Shown: positions 20,122-29,409 of the stretch, in pieces
Layout: every line of letters starts with the position of its first letter
Numbering within the stretch: the first letter of the stretch is position 1
DNA from: an uncultured Candidatus Saccharibacteria bacterium
Lineage (GTDB): Bacteria; Patescibacteriota; Minisyncoccia; Phycocordibacterales; UBA5272
Direction: 5' to 3'
Length of the DNA: 64,000 nt
NCBI GenBank assembly: GCA_964348515.1
Contig: CAYGDA010000001.1
Coordinates: forward strand, 11,357 to 75,356
Notes under the pieces: generated by a model
Database searches by the model: none
The model's input: the letters and a program-made list of their open reading frames with translations, nothing else
What the model was told of the DNA's origin: nothing
Position numbers and translations under genes: made by a program

Positions 20122-21215
20122 AAAGTTTTTTTTCGATAGATAAACAATTTCTGGCGGCCCTTTTGTCTCTTTTGGTTCTGGGGCTTTTTTTCTTTTCTTC
20201 AGCGGCGCTAGGAATCCTGGCCAGGGAAGAAACAAAATTTTACAACATTCTCTTAAACCAGCTTATCTTTGCTTTTTTTGCAGGAATAGCCGCTTTTATA
20301 ATAGGCAGCTTTATCCCTTACAAAAAATGGCGCCAGTTCGCATATTTTATTTTTTTCTTAACCGCCGCCGCTACTCTCCTGGTTTTCATAAAAGATTTCG
20401 GTTTTGCCCACGGCGGAGCAAGACGCTGGATTTATATTTTCGGGATATCAATACAGCCGGGAGAATTTTTAAAATTTGGCACCATAATCCTTTTGTCGGC
20501 CTGGTTCGCCACCTACCGGCATAAAATAAACAGCTTTACTTACGGACTTTTTCCATTTCTGGCCATAGTGGGAATTCCGGCCGCGATATTCATGATGCAG
20601 CCGGATACCGGTACATTCCTTGTAATACTTGGTGCGGCAATAATTTTATATCTGGTATCCGGCGCGCCGTATTCTCACTTCTTTTCTTTGTCCGCCCTCT
20701 CCGTGGGTGGAATTCTCATACTGAGCGAATTGCGTCCGTACCTTAAAACGCGCCTCATGACTTTTTGGGACCCCACACAAGATCCATTGGGGGCGTCGTA
20801 CCAAATACAGCAATCATTGATTTCAATAGGTTCCGGCGGAATTTTTGGCCGTGGTTTTGGACAAAGTATACAAAAATTCAGTTATCTGCCGGAGCCGGTG
20901 GGTGATTCTATTTTTGCCGTAATAGGAGAGGAGGTTGGCCTTATAGGGGCGCTCTTCGTAATTACTCTTTTTATTTTTTTTGCCATGCGTTGCGTAAATA
21001 TAAGCAAAAATTCTCCGGACACGTTCGGGGCATTTCTCTCTCTGGGACTCGGAATGCTCATAACGGTGCAGGCCTTTCTCAACATAGGTTCAATGCTGGG
21101 GGTTACCCCCCTTACGGGAGTCCCGCTGCCATTCATAAGCCACGGGGGAACGGCCCTTCTCATGAATCTTTTTGAGGCCGGCGTTATTGCCAATGTTTCA
21201 AAGCATATTTCCTAA
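20118..21215 (+). CDS. ftsW: SEDS-family peptidoglycan polymerase FtsW/RodA
   Basis: 10-TM SEDS architecture, 'IQPGEFLKFGTIILLSAW' and 'PLPFISHGGTALL' conserved segments. Upstream of murG. Confidence 0.88.
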   Translation: MKSFFSIDKQFLAALLSLLVLGLFFFSSAALGILAREETKFYNILLNQLIFAFFAGIAAFIIGSFIPYKKWRQFAYFIFFLTAAATLLVFIKDFGFAHGGARRWIYIFGISIQPGEFLKFGTIILLSAWFATYRHKINSFTYGLFPFLAIVGIPAAIFMMQPDTGTFLVILGAAIILYLVSGAPYSHFFSLSALSVGGILILSELRPYLKTRLMTFWDPTQDPLGASYQIQQSLISIGSGGIFGRGFGQSIQKFSYLPEPVGDSIFAVIGEEVGLIGALFVITLFIFFAMRCVNISKNSPDTFGAFLSLGLGMLITVQAFLNIGSMLGVTPLTGVPLPFISHGGTALLMNLFEAGVIANVSKHIS

Positions 21216-21248
21216 TTTACGTTAAAATTGTTATAGTATAAGGGCTTT

Positions 21249-22394
21249 ATGAAAATCGCTTTCACCGGTGGGAACAGCGGCGGTCATTTTTTTCCCATAA
21301 TAGCCGTCGCCGAAAAAGTAAATGAAATTACAGATGAAAAGAAGCTTTTACGGCCAAGTCTGTATTATTTTTCAAATTCTCCATACAACAAAAAACTGCT
21401 TTTTGAAAATGATATGCATTTTGTGCAGACTCCTTCCGGAAAACTGCGTCGTTCTCCGGGATTAGGCGGCATATTATTAAACATATGGGACATGTGGAAA
21501 ACTATCGTAGGAGTAATCCGCGCTGTTCTTTCGCTGTTCTTCGTTTACCCAGATGTTGTTTTCGGTAAGGGCGGGGGAGCCAGTTTCCCGACTTTGTTCG
21601 CCGCCCGTATTTTAAGAATACCAGTAGTGGTGCACGAATCCGATTCACACCCCGGACGCGTGAATCTGTGGGCGGGAAAATTCTCCAAGCGGGTAGCCGT
21701 ATCATTCCCGGAAGCGGCTCAGTACTTTAACAAAGAAAAAGTGGCCGTAACCGGGCAGCCGGTCCGTAAGGCGCTCACGCACCCGCTCAAAGAGGGAGCT
21801 TTTGAATACCTTAAATTAGAGGCTGGCGTACCGGTAATTTTAATTCTTGGCGGCTCCCAGGGAGCAAAAACAATAAATGACATCCTGATAGAAGCGCTTC
21901 CCCAACTTGTCGAAAAATACCAGATTATCCACCAGACGGGCGCCAATAACCTAGATGAAGTTCAAAAACTGTCCGGGGTTGTTTTGGAAGGCTCAGGACA
22001 CGTGTCCCGGTACCATGTGTTTGGTTTTCTGGATGATCTGGCAATGCGAATGTCGGCTGGAGCGGCAACGCTTGTGATATCGCGCGCCGGATCGGGAATT
22101 TTTGAACTTGCCTTGTGGGGTATTCCGTCAATTGTAATTCCTATCTCAGACTCCCACGGCGACCACCAAAGAAAAAACGCCTACAATTTCTCGCGCAGTC
22201 ACGCCTGCGTTGTTATTGAAGAGAAAAATCTGACTCCAAACCTGCTTGTTAATGAAATCGGACGGCTTATACAAAACCCGACGACTCTTGAAACAATGGG
22301 AAAGGCCGCCAAAGAATTCGCCAAAGATACTTCCACCGCTTCGGAAACAATTGCCCGTGAGCTTATAAATATTTGTCTACAACATGAGCGCTAG
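21249..22394 (+). CDS. murG: undecaprenyldiphospho-muramoylpentapeptide beta-N-acetylglucosaminyltransferase
   Basis: 'IAFTGGNSGGHFFPIIAV' N-terminal G-loop. GT28 C-terminal domain '...GGSQGAKTIN...'. Confidence 0.9.
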   Translation: MKIAFTGGNSGGHFFPIIAVAEKVNEITDEKKLLRPSLYYFSNSPYNKKLLFENDMHFVQTPSGKLRRSPGLGGILLNIWDMWKTIVGVIRAVLSLFFVYPDVVFGKGGGASFPTLFAARILRIPVVVHESDSHPGRVNLWAGKFSKRVAVSFPEAAQYFNKEKVAVTGQPVRKALTHPLKEGAFEYLKLEAGVPVILILGGSQGAKTINDILIEALPQLVEKYQIIHQTGANNLDEVQKLSGVVLEGSGHVSRYHVFGFLDDLAMRMSAGAATLVISRAGSGIFELALWGIPSIVIPISDSHGDHQRKNAYNFSRSHACVVIEEKNLTPNLLVNEIGRLIQNPTTLETMGKAAKEFAKDTSTASETIARELINICLQHER

Positions 22395-23448
22395 CATTCT
22401 TTCCATACATTTTGCCAAGATTTTTTTCCCGGCCGCGCTTGCTTTTATTTTCGGAATATTAGCCACTCCGGGCTTCACCCATTTTTTCTACAAATATAAA
22501 ATGTGGAAAAAGGTATCACGGATATCGGGTGATAAAAGTGACGACTTCAAACAAGTTCATAACGAAACTGAAGAACTGCGGACTCCGCGCGTTGGAGGAA
22601 TGATAATCTGGACCAGCGTGATATTCATTACGGGAATTTTTGCCTTGGCTTCCGATTTTTTTCCGTCCTCTTTCGCGGAAAAAATGTCCTTCCTAAGCAG
22701 AAACCAAACATTGCTTCCTTTTGGAACACTTATAGCCGGAGCGGCCATAGGTTTGTTTGATGACTTCATGCAGATATTCAGCACGGGAGAATATTCAAAT
22801 GACGCCGTAGAAAACCGCTACATCAAAATCGGAGTTTTAGTGGCTTTGGGGGCGGCTGTCGGATTTTGGTTTTTTTCAAAACTGGATGTGCATTCAATCC
22901 ACATACCGTTTGTAGGACCTTTAGAATTGGGAATACTCTTTGTACCTTTTTTTGTAATCATAATGTTAGCGGTATTTTCGACAAGTGTCATAGACGGCAT
23001 AGACGGACTTTCCGGCGGTGTTCTTTCCTCTATTTTTGCGTCGTACTCGCTCATCGCTCTTTCCCGAGACCAAATAGACCTGGCGGCTTTTTGCGCCGTC
23101 ATAACCGGGGCAATTTTGGCATTTCTGTGGTTTAACATTCCGCCGGCACGTTTTTACATGGGAGAAACAGGGATGCTTTCTTTAACACTGACTCTTTCCA
23201 CAATAGCCGTGCTGACCGACACCATCCTTCTTCTTCCGATAATTGCTTTCCCGCTTGTAATGACATCTCTTTCCGTCATAGTACAAATGACTTCCAAAAG
23301 ATTCTTCGGGAAAAAGGTCTTCCGCGTAGCCCCTATACATCATCATTTTGAAGCAATCGGCTGGCCTCCGTACAAAGTCGTCATGCGCTTCTGGGTGCTT
23401 TCTGCAATGTGCGCAATAATAGGTTCTCTTGTAGCGATAGTAAGCTAA
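22384..23448 (+). CDS. mraY: phospho-N-acetylmuramoyl-pentapeptide-transferase
   Basis: Polytopic. 'DDFMQIF', 'VIDGIDGLSGG', 'FYMGETGMLSL' are MraY/WecA family motifs. Overlaps murG stop. Confidence 0.88.
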   Translation: MSASILSIHFAKIFFPAALAFIFGILATPGFTHFFYKYKMWKKVSRISGDKSDDFKQVHNETEELRTPRVGGMIIWTSVIFITGIFALASDFFPSSFAEKMSFLSRNQTLLPFGTLIAGAAIGLFDDFMQIFSTGEYSNDAVENRYIKIGVLVALGAAVGFWFFSKLDVHSIHIPFVGPLELGILFVPFFVIIMLAVFSTSVIDGIDGLSGGVLSSIFASYSLIALSRDQIDLAAFCAVITGAILAFLWFNIPPARFYMGETGMLSLTLTLSTIAVLTDTILLLPIIAFPLVMTSLSVIVQMTSKRFFGKKVFRVAPIHHHFEAIGWPPYKVVMRFWVLSAMCAIIGSLVAIVS

Positions 23449-23449
23449 T

Positions 23450-24817
23450 ATGAAAAACTCCGTAATCACACGTTTTGCTCCATCACCCACAGGACTCTTC
23501 CACGCCGGAGGTATACGCTCGGCTCTTTATAATTATCTTTTTGCCCGCAAACACGGGGGCACTTTCATATTGCGCTGCGATGACACTGATTCCGCCCGCT
23601 CAAAAAAAGAATATGAGGATTATTTTTTGGAAGTATTCAACTGGCTTAACCTTGAATACGACTCATACTTCCGGCAATCAGAACGTAAGCCCCTATACAG
23701 AACGTATCTTGAAAAAATGATTAAGGACGGGACTGCTTACATCTCTAAAGAAATTGAAACCGCGGAAGGGGAACGGGAAGAAGTTATACGCTTTAAAAAT
23801 CCAAACAAAAAAATTTCGTTTAAAGACGAAGTCCTGGGGGACATAACTTTTGATACCAAAGAACTAGGGGATTTCGTCATTGCCCGCGAAATGGATGATC
23901 CCTTGTACCATTTCACAACCGTTGTGGATGATTTTGAAATGAAAATAACCCACATAATCCGCGGACAGGAACATGTATCCAACACGCCAAGGCAAATCCT
24001 AATTCAGGAAGCCATAGGCGCACCGCGTCCGATTTATGCCCATGCCTCAATAATTTTAGACAAGGAACGCAAAAAACTTTCTAAACGGGATCCGAACGTT
24101 TTTCCCGTGCTTGAATACAAAAAGCTAGGGTATCTGCCGGACGCTCTCCTTAATTTTATGGCTCTCATAGGATGGAACCCCGGAACTGAACAGGAAATAT
24201 TTTCCAAAAAGGATTTAATTAATGCATTCAGCCTTGAAAAACTCCAAAAAGCCGGCGCTATTTTTGATCCGCAAAAACTGGAATGGGTAAACAGGGAACA
24301 CATAAAACTTCTTACAAAAGAACAGCAGATAGACATCAGTCTGGGATATTTCCCTAAAGAATTTTCAGAACATCCGTTATGGAACAATGAACTTGGAAAA
24401 AATTTAGCTTCACTCGCGCTTGAGCGCATACACCATTTTGGAGAGATAGAAATTCTGGCCGGGGAAGGGGAGTTCTCTTATTTTTTGGACGAGCCTAAAT
24501 ATGATACGGAACTTTTATACTGGAAAGGTGATAAGGAACTCGATGAAAGTAAAAAGAAAAACAAGACGAAACAGATATTAGAGTCTGTCAATACGCTGGT
24601 AAACGAATTAGAAGACGAAGCATTCAACTCTCCTGATGCCATAAAAGCCCTAATTTGGCCCCTTACAGAAGACTTAGGACGGGGAGACGTCCTTTGGCCG
24701 CTCCGCGTGGCTCTTTCAGGTAAAGAGCGTTCTCCTGATCCTTTTACTCTGCTTTTTATACTGAAAAAAAAGCGCTCTTTGGAGCGGATTGAACAGGCAA
24801 CTAAACTTTTAACATAA
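23450..24817 (+). CDS. gltX: glutamyl-tRNA synthetase
   Basis: 'RFAPSPTGLFHAGGIRSALYNYLFA' (HIGH region) and 'KLSKRD' (KMSKS). Confidence 0.9.
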   Translation: MKNSVITRFAPSPTGLFHAGGIRSALYNYLFARKHGGTFILRCDDTDSARSKKEYEDYFLEVFNWLNLEYDSYFRQSERKPLYRTYLEKMIKDGTAYISKEIETAEGEREEVIRFKNPNKKISFKDEVLGDITFDTKELGDFVIAREMDDPLYHFTTVVDDFEMKITHIIRGQEHVSNTPRQILIQEAIGAPRPIYAHASIILDKERKKLSKRDPNVFPVLEYKKLGYLPDALLNFMALIGWNPGTEQEIFSKKDLINAFSLEKLQKAGAIFDPQKLEWVNREHIKLLTKEQQIDISLGYFPKEFSEHPLWNNELGKNLASLALERIHHFGEIEILAGEGEFSYFLDEPKYDTELLYWKGDKELDESKKKNKTKQILESVNTLVNELEDEAFNSPDAIKALIWPLTEDLGRGDVLWPLRVALSGKERSPDPFTLLFILKKKRSLERIEQATKLLT

Positions 24818-24820
24818 GTC

Positions 24821-26155
24821 ATGCCCCAGAAACAGAAAACATTGGAGTATAAAATAGTTTTATTTACCGCTTTGGCATTTTTTGTTTTTCCGGGCATCTC
24901 CACCGCGCAAGACATTCAACCCGCAGACCCTGATGCTTCCGCCACAACCACTGATGAAGACATCATCCGTTTCAAAATAGATCTGCGAAATACCCAGATA
25001 AAAAACCTGCAGGAAGAAATAGATAAAAATCAAAAAGAACTTGATGCTTTGGGAAAAGAAAAAAATACTCTTCAAACTGCGGTTCAAAGATTGATTACCA
25101 CGCAAAAGAAACTTTTAAACGAACTCAAACTTACGCAGAAAAAACTTACAACCACGAACACGGCAATTTTAACCCTTGGCGAATCTATAGCCGACAAACA
25201 AAGCCGTATTGACGTAACGGAAGGAGCCCTAAGTAAAAGTATCCGCGAAATGCATCTTATAGACAGCTTTTCCATGCCGGAACTGATTCTCTCCAAAGAA
25301 AAACTGTCCGACGTCTGGATGGAAAAAGAACTGCTGAAAGGTTTCGGAAGCCGTCTTTCCGAACATGCCAAAGAGCTTTTAGCGGCAAAAAAAGACCTGG
25401 AACAGACAAAGGGAATGTATGAAGGCGCCAAAAAAGAGCTCAACACCCTAAATACGGAGCTGAAAGACCAAAAATACCTTGTGGATCAAAACACAAAGGA
25501 AAAAAATAAACTGCTCAAGGAAACTAAAAATAAAGAAACGGTCTACCAAAAAGAACTTGAAACTAAACTTGTTATAAAAAACTCCCTAGAAGATGAAATA
25601 CGCGAATATGAATCACAGTTAAAATTCACCCTTGATCCGAGCACTTTGCCTCCGTCAGGTTCACGTCCGTATTCCTGGCCTCTCGATTACGTAAAAATTA
25701 CCCAATTATTCGGCAAAACCGGGGCATCCGGGCGTCTCTACGCCAGCGGTACACACAACGGAGTTGATTTCAAAGCATCGGCCGGCACGCGCGTAAAATC
25801 AATGCTTTCAGGCATGGTTATAGGCACCGGAGACACGGATGTCACTTGTCCGGGCGCCTCTTTCGGCAAATGGATACTCATACGCTCATCGAACGGCTTG
25901 GCCGCCACATACGGACATCTTTCTCTCATAAAAGTCCGGGCCGGAGACACTGTTTCAACCGGACAAGTTATAGGGTACAGCGGGAATACAGGCTATTCTA
26001 CAGGTCCGCATCTGCATATTTCCGTTTATGCAGCGGGGGCCGTATCCGTGCAAACCCGCCCGAGTAAGACCTGCGGGGGCAGAATTTTCACCATGCCTAT
26101 AGCAGCCATAAACGCCTATCTGGACCCGATGCTTTATTTGCCTCCGTATAAATAA
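24821..26155 (+). CDS. M23-family peptidoglycan endopeptidase with N-terminal coiled-coil (EnvC-like)
   Basis: Signal peptide, about 230 aa of heptad-rich coiled coil, then M23 motifs 'HNGVDF' and 'GPHLHISVY'. Confidence 0.85.
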   Translation: MPQKQKTLEYKIVLFTALAFFVFPGISTAQDIQPADPDASATTTDEDIIRFKIDLRNTQIKNLQEEIDKNQKELDALGKEKNTLQTAVQRLITTQKKLLNELKLTQKKLTTTNTAILTLGESIADKQSRIDVTEGALSKSIREMHLIDSFSMPELILSKEKLSDVWMEKELLKGFGSRLSEHAKELLAAKKDLEQTKGMYEGAKKELNTLNTELKDQKYLVDQNTKEKNKLLKETKNKETVYQKELETKLVIKNSLEDEIREYESQLKFTLDPSTLPPSGSRPYSWPLDYVKITQLFGKTGASGRLYASGTHNGVDFKASAGTRVKSMLSGMVIGTGDTDVTCPGASFGKWILIRSSNGLAATYGHLSLIKVRAGDTVSTGQVIGYSGNTGYSTGPHLHISVYAAGAVSVQTRPSKTCGGRIFTMPIAAINAYLDPMLYLPPYK

Positions 26156-26175
26156 TACTAAAAAAACAAAATTAT

Positions 26176-28014
26176 ATGTGCGGAATAATCGGATATTTGG
26201 GAAATAAGAAAGAAAACAACGAAACCGTCACACGCGTGATGGCCCGGGCCATCACGCACCGCGGTCCGGATGATGAGGGATTTTTTACGCACGAAAAATT
26301 CAGTCTCGGCATGCGCCGTCTTTCAATCATTGATATTGAGGGAGGAAAACAGCCAATCATTTCAGAAAAAGGAAACGTCATTGTATTCAACGGCGAAATC
26401 TACAATTACAAAGAACTGCGGGCGGAACTAAAAGGCTATAATTTCAAGACCGAAAGCGACACAGAGACAATTTTGGCTCTTTACGAGACTGAAGGGATCG
26501 AATCAGTCAAAAAACTGCGCGGTATGTTTGTTTTTGCAATATATGATGCTAATACAGAAAAAATTTTTGTGGCACGTGATTATTTTGGTATAAAACCTGT
26601 TTACTACGCGGGTGACGGCAAAAAAATAATCGGTTTTGCTTCTGAAGTAAAAAGTCTTTTAAAAATTCCCGGATTGAGAAGGGAAGTGAATCCGGCCGCT
26701 TTCTATAACTATTTGAGCTATCAATACAACCCGCTGGAAGAAACTTTCTTTAAGGGAATTTACTCGCTTCCGCCGTCGACTTATCTGACCATAAACCCAA
26801 ATGATAATTCATTCACAAAAACAGAATTTTCTCATTTCAGCATAAGCCCAAACGAAAACATGGAGGAGAAATCCGGCGCTGAAGAGGCCCTTAAAATAAT
26901 TACAGACTCCGTAGAACATCACATGATAAGCGACGTGCCTGTCGGCGCGTTTTTAAGCGGCGGAATTGACTCGGCTTCCATAGTATCCCTGATGCAAAAA
27001 ATTTCAGGCGAAAGAAAAATAAAAACATTTACCGTTGGATTTGAAGGATTTTCAGAAGGGAATGCTTCAAAGGAAACGGCGGATATGCTTCAGACAGACC
27101 ACACGGAATATACTGTAAGTAAAAAGGAGTATTTCAGTGTTTTGAGCAACGCGGCATATCATTTTGACGAGCCCGTGGGAGACCCTTCGGCTATAGGGCT
27201 GTATTTTCTGGCTAAGGAAGCCCGAAAAAAAGTAAAAGTTGTGCTTTCCGGCGAAGGCGCCGACGAACTTTTTGGCGGGTACACCGTATACCGGGAAGCC
27301 TTGTCACGGGCAAATTTTGAGATGTTTACACCCAAATTAATCCGCACGGTCCTTAAATCATTTCTCCGCGTGCCGTTCGAATTCAAAGGAAAAAATTTCT
27401 TGCGGCGCTTTTTCACTCCGCTTGAAGAAAGATACATAGGCAACGCCAGAATCTTCACCGGGGACGAGCTTTCTGAATTATGGAGAGCCAAACCCGAAAC
27501 CAAGCATTCGCTAAAACATCTTTACGAAAAAGTGAAAAATCTTTCCGATATGGCCAAAATGCAGTACATAGACATACAAACCTGGCTCATCGGAGATATT
27601 CTCGCCAAGGCTGACAAAATGACAATGGTTCATTCATTGGAGCTGCGTGTGCCGTTTCTCGACAAGAAAGTCGCTGAGTTTGCATGTTCCATACCGGATT
27701 CGCTTAAATTCAAAAATGGCACCACAAAATACCTTTTGCGCGAAGCCATGAGCACATTAATACCTGAATCAACCCGTAAAAGACGAAAATTGGGCTTCCC
27801 GGTACCTTTAGCAGACTGGCTTAGAGAAGACGCCGGGAAAGCTGTTTTTGACGAAATTCGGGGAAGTGGTTTCCTAAAGGAATACCTGAATACAAAACAA
27901 ATAGAAAAACTTATAGACGAACACAAGCGGGGAAAAGATAACGCAAGAAAAATTTACGTGCTGTACCTGGCGCATCTTTGGTATCAGGTCTATTTTGTAA
28001 ATATTGATAAGTAG
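26176..28014 (+). CDS. asnB: asparagine synthetase B (glutamine-hydrolysing)
   Basis: 'MCGIIGYLG' Ntn-hydrolase N-terminus and PP-loop 'FLSGGIDSA'. Confidence 0.92.
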   Translation: MCGIIGYLGNKKENNETVTRVMARAITHRGPDDEGFFTHEKFSLGMRRLSIIDIEGGKQPIISEKGNVIVFNGEIYNYKELRAELKGYNFKTESDTETILALYETEGIESVKKLRGMFVFAIYDANTEKIFVARDYFGIKPVYYAGDGKKIIGFASEVKSLLKIPGLRREVNPAAFYNYLSYQYNPLEETFFKGIYSLPPSTYLTINPNDNSFTKTEFSHFSISPNENMEEKSGAEEALKIITDSVEHHMISDVPVGAFLSGGIDSASIVSLMQKISGERKIKTFTVGFEGFSEGNASKETADMLQTDHTEYTVSKKEYFSVLSNAAYHFDEPVGDPSAIGLYFLAKEARKKVKVVLSGEGADELFGGYTVYREALSRANFEMFTPKLIRTVLKSFLRVPFEFKGKNFLRRFFTPLEERYIGNARIFTGDELSELWRAKPETKHSLKHLYEKVKNLSDMAKMQYIDIQTWLIGDILAKADKMTMVHSLELRVPFLDKKVAEFACSIPDSLKFKNGTTKYLLREAMSTLIPESTRKRRKLGFPVPLADWLREDAGKAVFDEIRGSGFLKEYLNTKQIEKLIDEHKRGKDNARKIYVLYLAHLWYQVYFVNIDK

Positions 28015-28211
28015 GGGGCCCTCCACCGTATGTCCTTATTTAGAGGTGTATAGAGTCGCAAAAGATATATTGTGCGACGTTATGTATCCTTTTAAATAAG
28101 GCCCGCCGTGTCACGCACCGTTACTCCCCCTACCGCGGCTGCGGCAGTTTTACACGAAAAAGAAACATCTAAAAATTAGAAAATTCCCCCGGAAAATTCT
28201 CCGAGGCAAAA

Positions 28212-28748
28212 TTATTTTTTATCAGAGTAAATAAAATATTCCACCATCCCGCGCACCAACCCGCTTTGGTTGGCTTTTTCAAAACTTCTCACTAATTCCC
28301 CACCGAGAGACTCCGGTACTCTGCGGCTCGCGGTATTTTCCTTAACTACAGGATAAATGAGGTAATCATAATCAATATTTTTATCCGCCCAATCTTTTAA
28401 AGCGTGAATTGCTTCTTGCCCGTATTTGTAGCCATGCGCGCCTTTCTTTAACCAAATACCGATTTCCGGTGTTTTAGTATCTATGTGGTGAAGCCCGCAA
28501 CACCCAAGGAATTCACTGTTTTCTTTTTTGAGTATAACAGTAACTATCTCTTCCTTTTTTTGAACTTTTTCTAAAGTGGCCCGTATAAATTCTTCTGTTT
28601 CTGAAATTTCCTTTGGAGTGGACGGAAACATATAAAGAGTTATTTCATCCGTAAACTCCCTAAAAATAACTTCTTTATATTCCTGAGAAATAGGAACGAG
28701 AACAATCCTTTCCGATTCAATTTTAAAGTCTTCAATTTTTTGGACCAT
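28212..28748 (-). CDS. GNAT-family N-acetyltransferase (RimJ/RimL-like)
   Basis: 'LGCCGLHHIDTKTPEIGIWLKKGAHGYKYGQEAIHAL' is an acetyl-CoA-binding core typical of RimL-type GNATs. Confidence 0.7.
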   Translation of the reverse strand: MVQKIEDFKIESERIVLVPISQEYKEVIFREFTDEITLYMFPSTPKEISETEEFIRATLEKVQKKEEIVTVILKKENSEFLGCCGLHHIDTKTPEIGIWLKKGAHGYKYGQEAIHALKDWADKNIDYDYLIYPVVKENTASRRVPESLGGELVRSFEKANQSGLVRGMVEYFIYSDKK

Positions 28749-28836
28749 AGTAATGCAAATACTACTCCTTCAATTGAAATATTCCAGCCCGAAAAGAAGT
28801 TATACGAAACAGGTTCATTTTAGGTCAGGAGCAAAA

Positions 28837-29379
28837 ATGCCGAAACAAACACCGGAAAAAATCCTCATTCGCCGTGCCGAAGAGGACGATCTCAAAACTA
28901 TAGCCGCAATAAACTCCACCGTTTTTATAGGTGACCGTGACAAAGAAGAAAGTGCGGGCGAGTGGGTGAAATGCTGGTACAAAGCCTTCCCTCTATACCA
29001 GTACTTCGTTATCTTAGTGGACGACGTAGTTGCCGGCTACGCCGGCTGGCAAGTCCACGGTGGATTCCGCCGGGCAGAACCGGCCATTGAACTGGACCAA
29101 ATCGGCATAGACCCCGCCTTTCAGAAAAAAGGTCTCGCCCCCCTTCTTATGCGAAAGTGTATCCATGAACTTACAACATGGATACAGAATAAAAATGACC
29201 GCATAGAAAGTCATGTGACATTTGTCGTTTGGGTTTACACATTTAACTTCAACGCAATGAATGTCTACGCTCAACAATTTGGCGACGGGGTCTTGGGCTT
29301 CCGTACGCAGTTTGGAAACCGCGCGGAAAGCATGCTCCGCTTGCGCATGCCCATCATCCGCCCTGTACGCGACTACTAA
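28837..29379 (+). CDS. GNAT-family N-acetyltransferase
   Basis: 'QIGIDPAFQKKGLAPLLMRKCIHEL' is GNAT motif A (Q/RxxGxG/A-like). Start taken at the MPKQ ATG rather than the ORF-track ATG at 28753. Divergent from the other GNAT. Confidence 0.65.
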   Translation: MPKQTPEKILIRRAEEDDLKTIAAINSTVFIGDRDKEESAGEWVKCWYKAFPLYQYFVILVDDVVAGYAGWQVHGGFRRAEPAIELDQIGIDPAFQKKGLAPLLMRKCIHELTTWIQNKNDRIESHVTFVVWVYTFNFNAMNVYAQQFGDGVLGFRTQFGNRAESMLRLRMPIIRPVRDY

Positions 29380-29399
29380 TCCCCTTTCCGGGGATTTTT
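29380..29399 (+). terminator. intrinsic terminator hairpin (TCCCC-TTTCC-GGGGA + T5)
   Basis: Perfect 5-bp GC stem followed by TTTTT immediately after the GNAT stop. Sits between convergent genes. Confidence 0.5.
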
Positions 29400-29409
29400 A
29401 ATTTAACTA

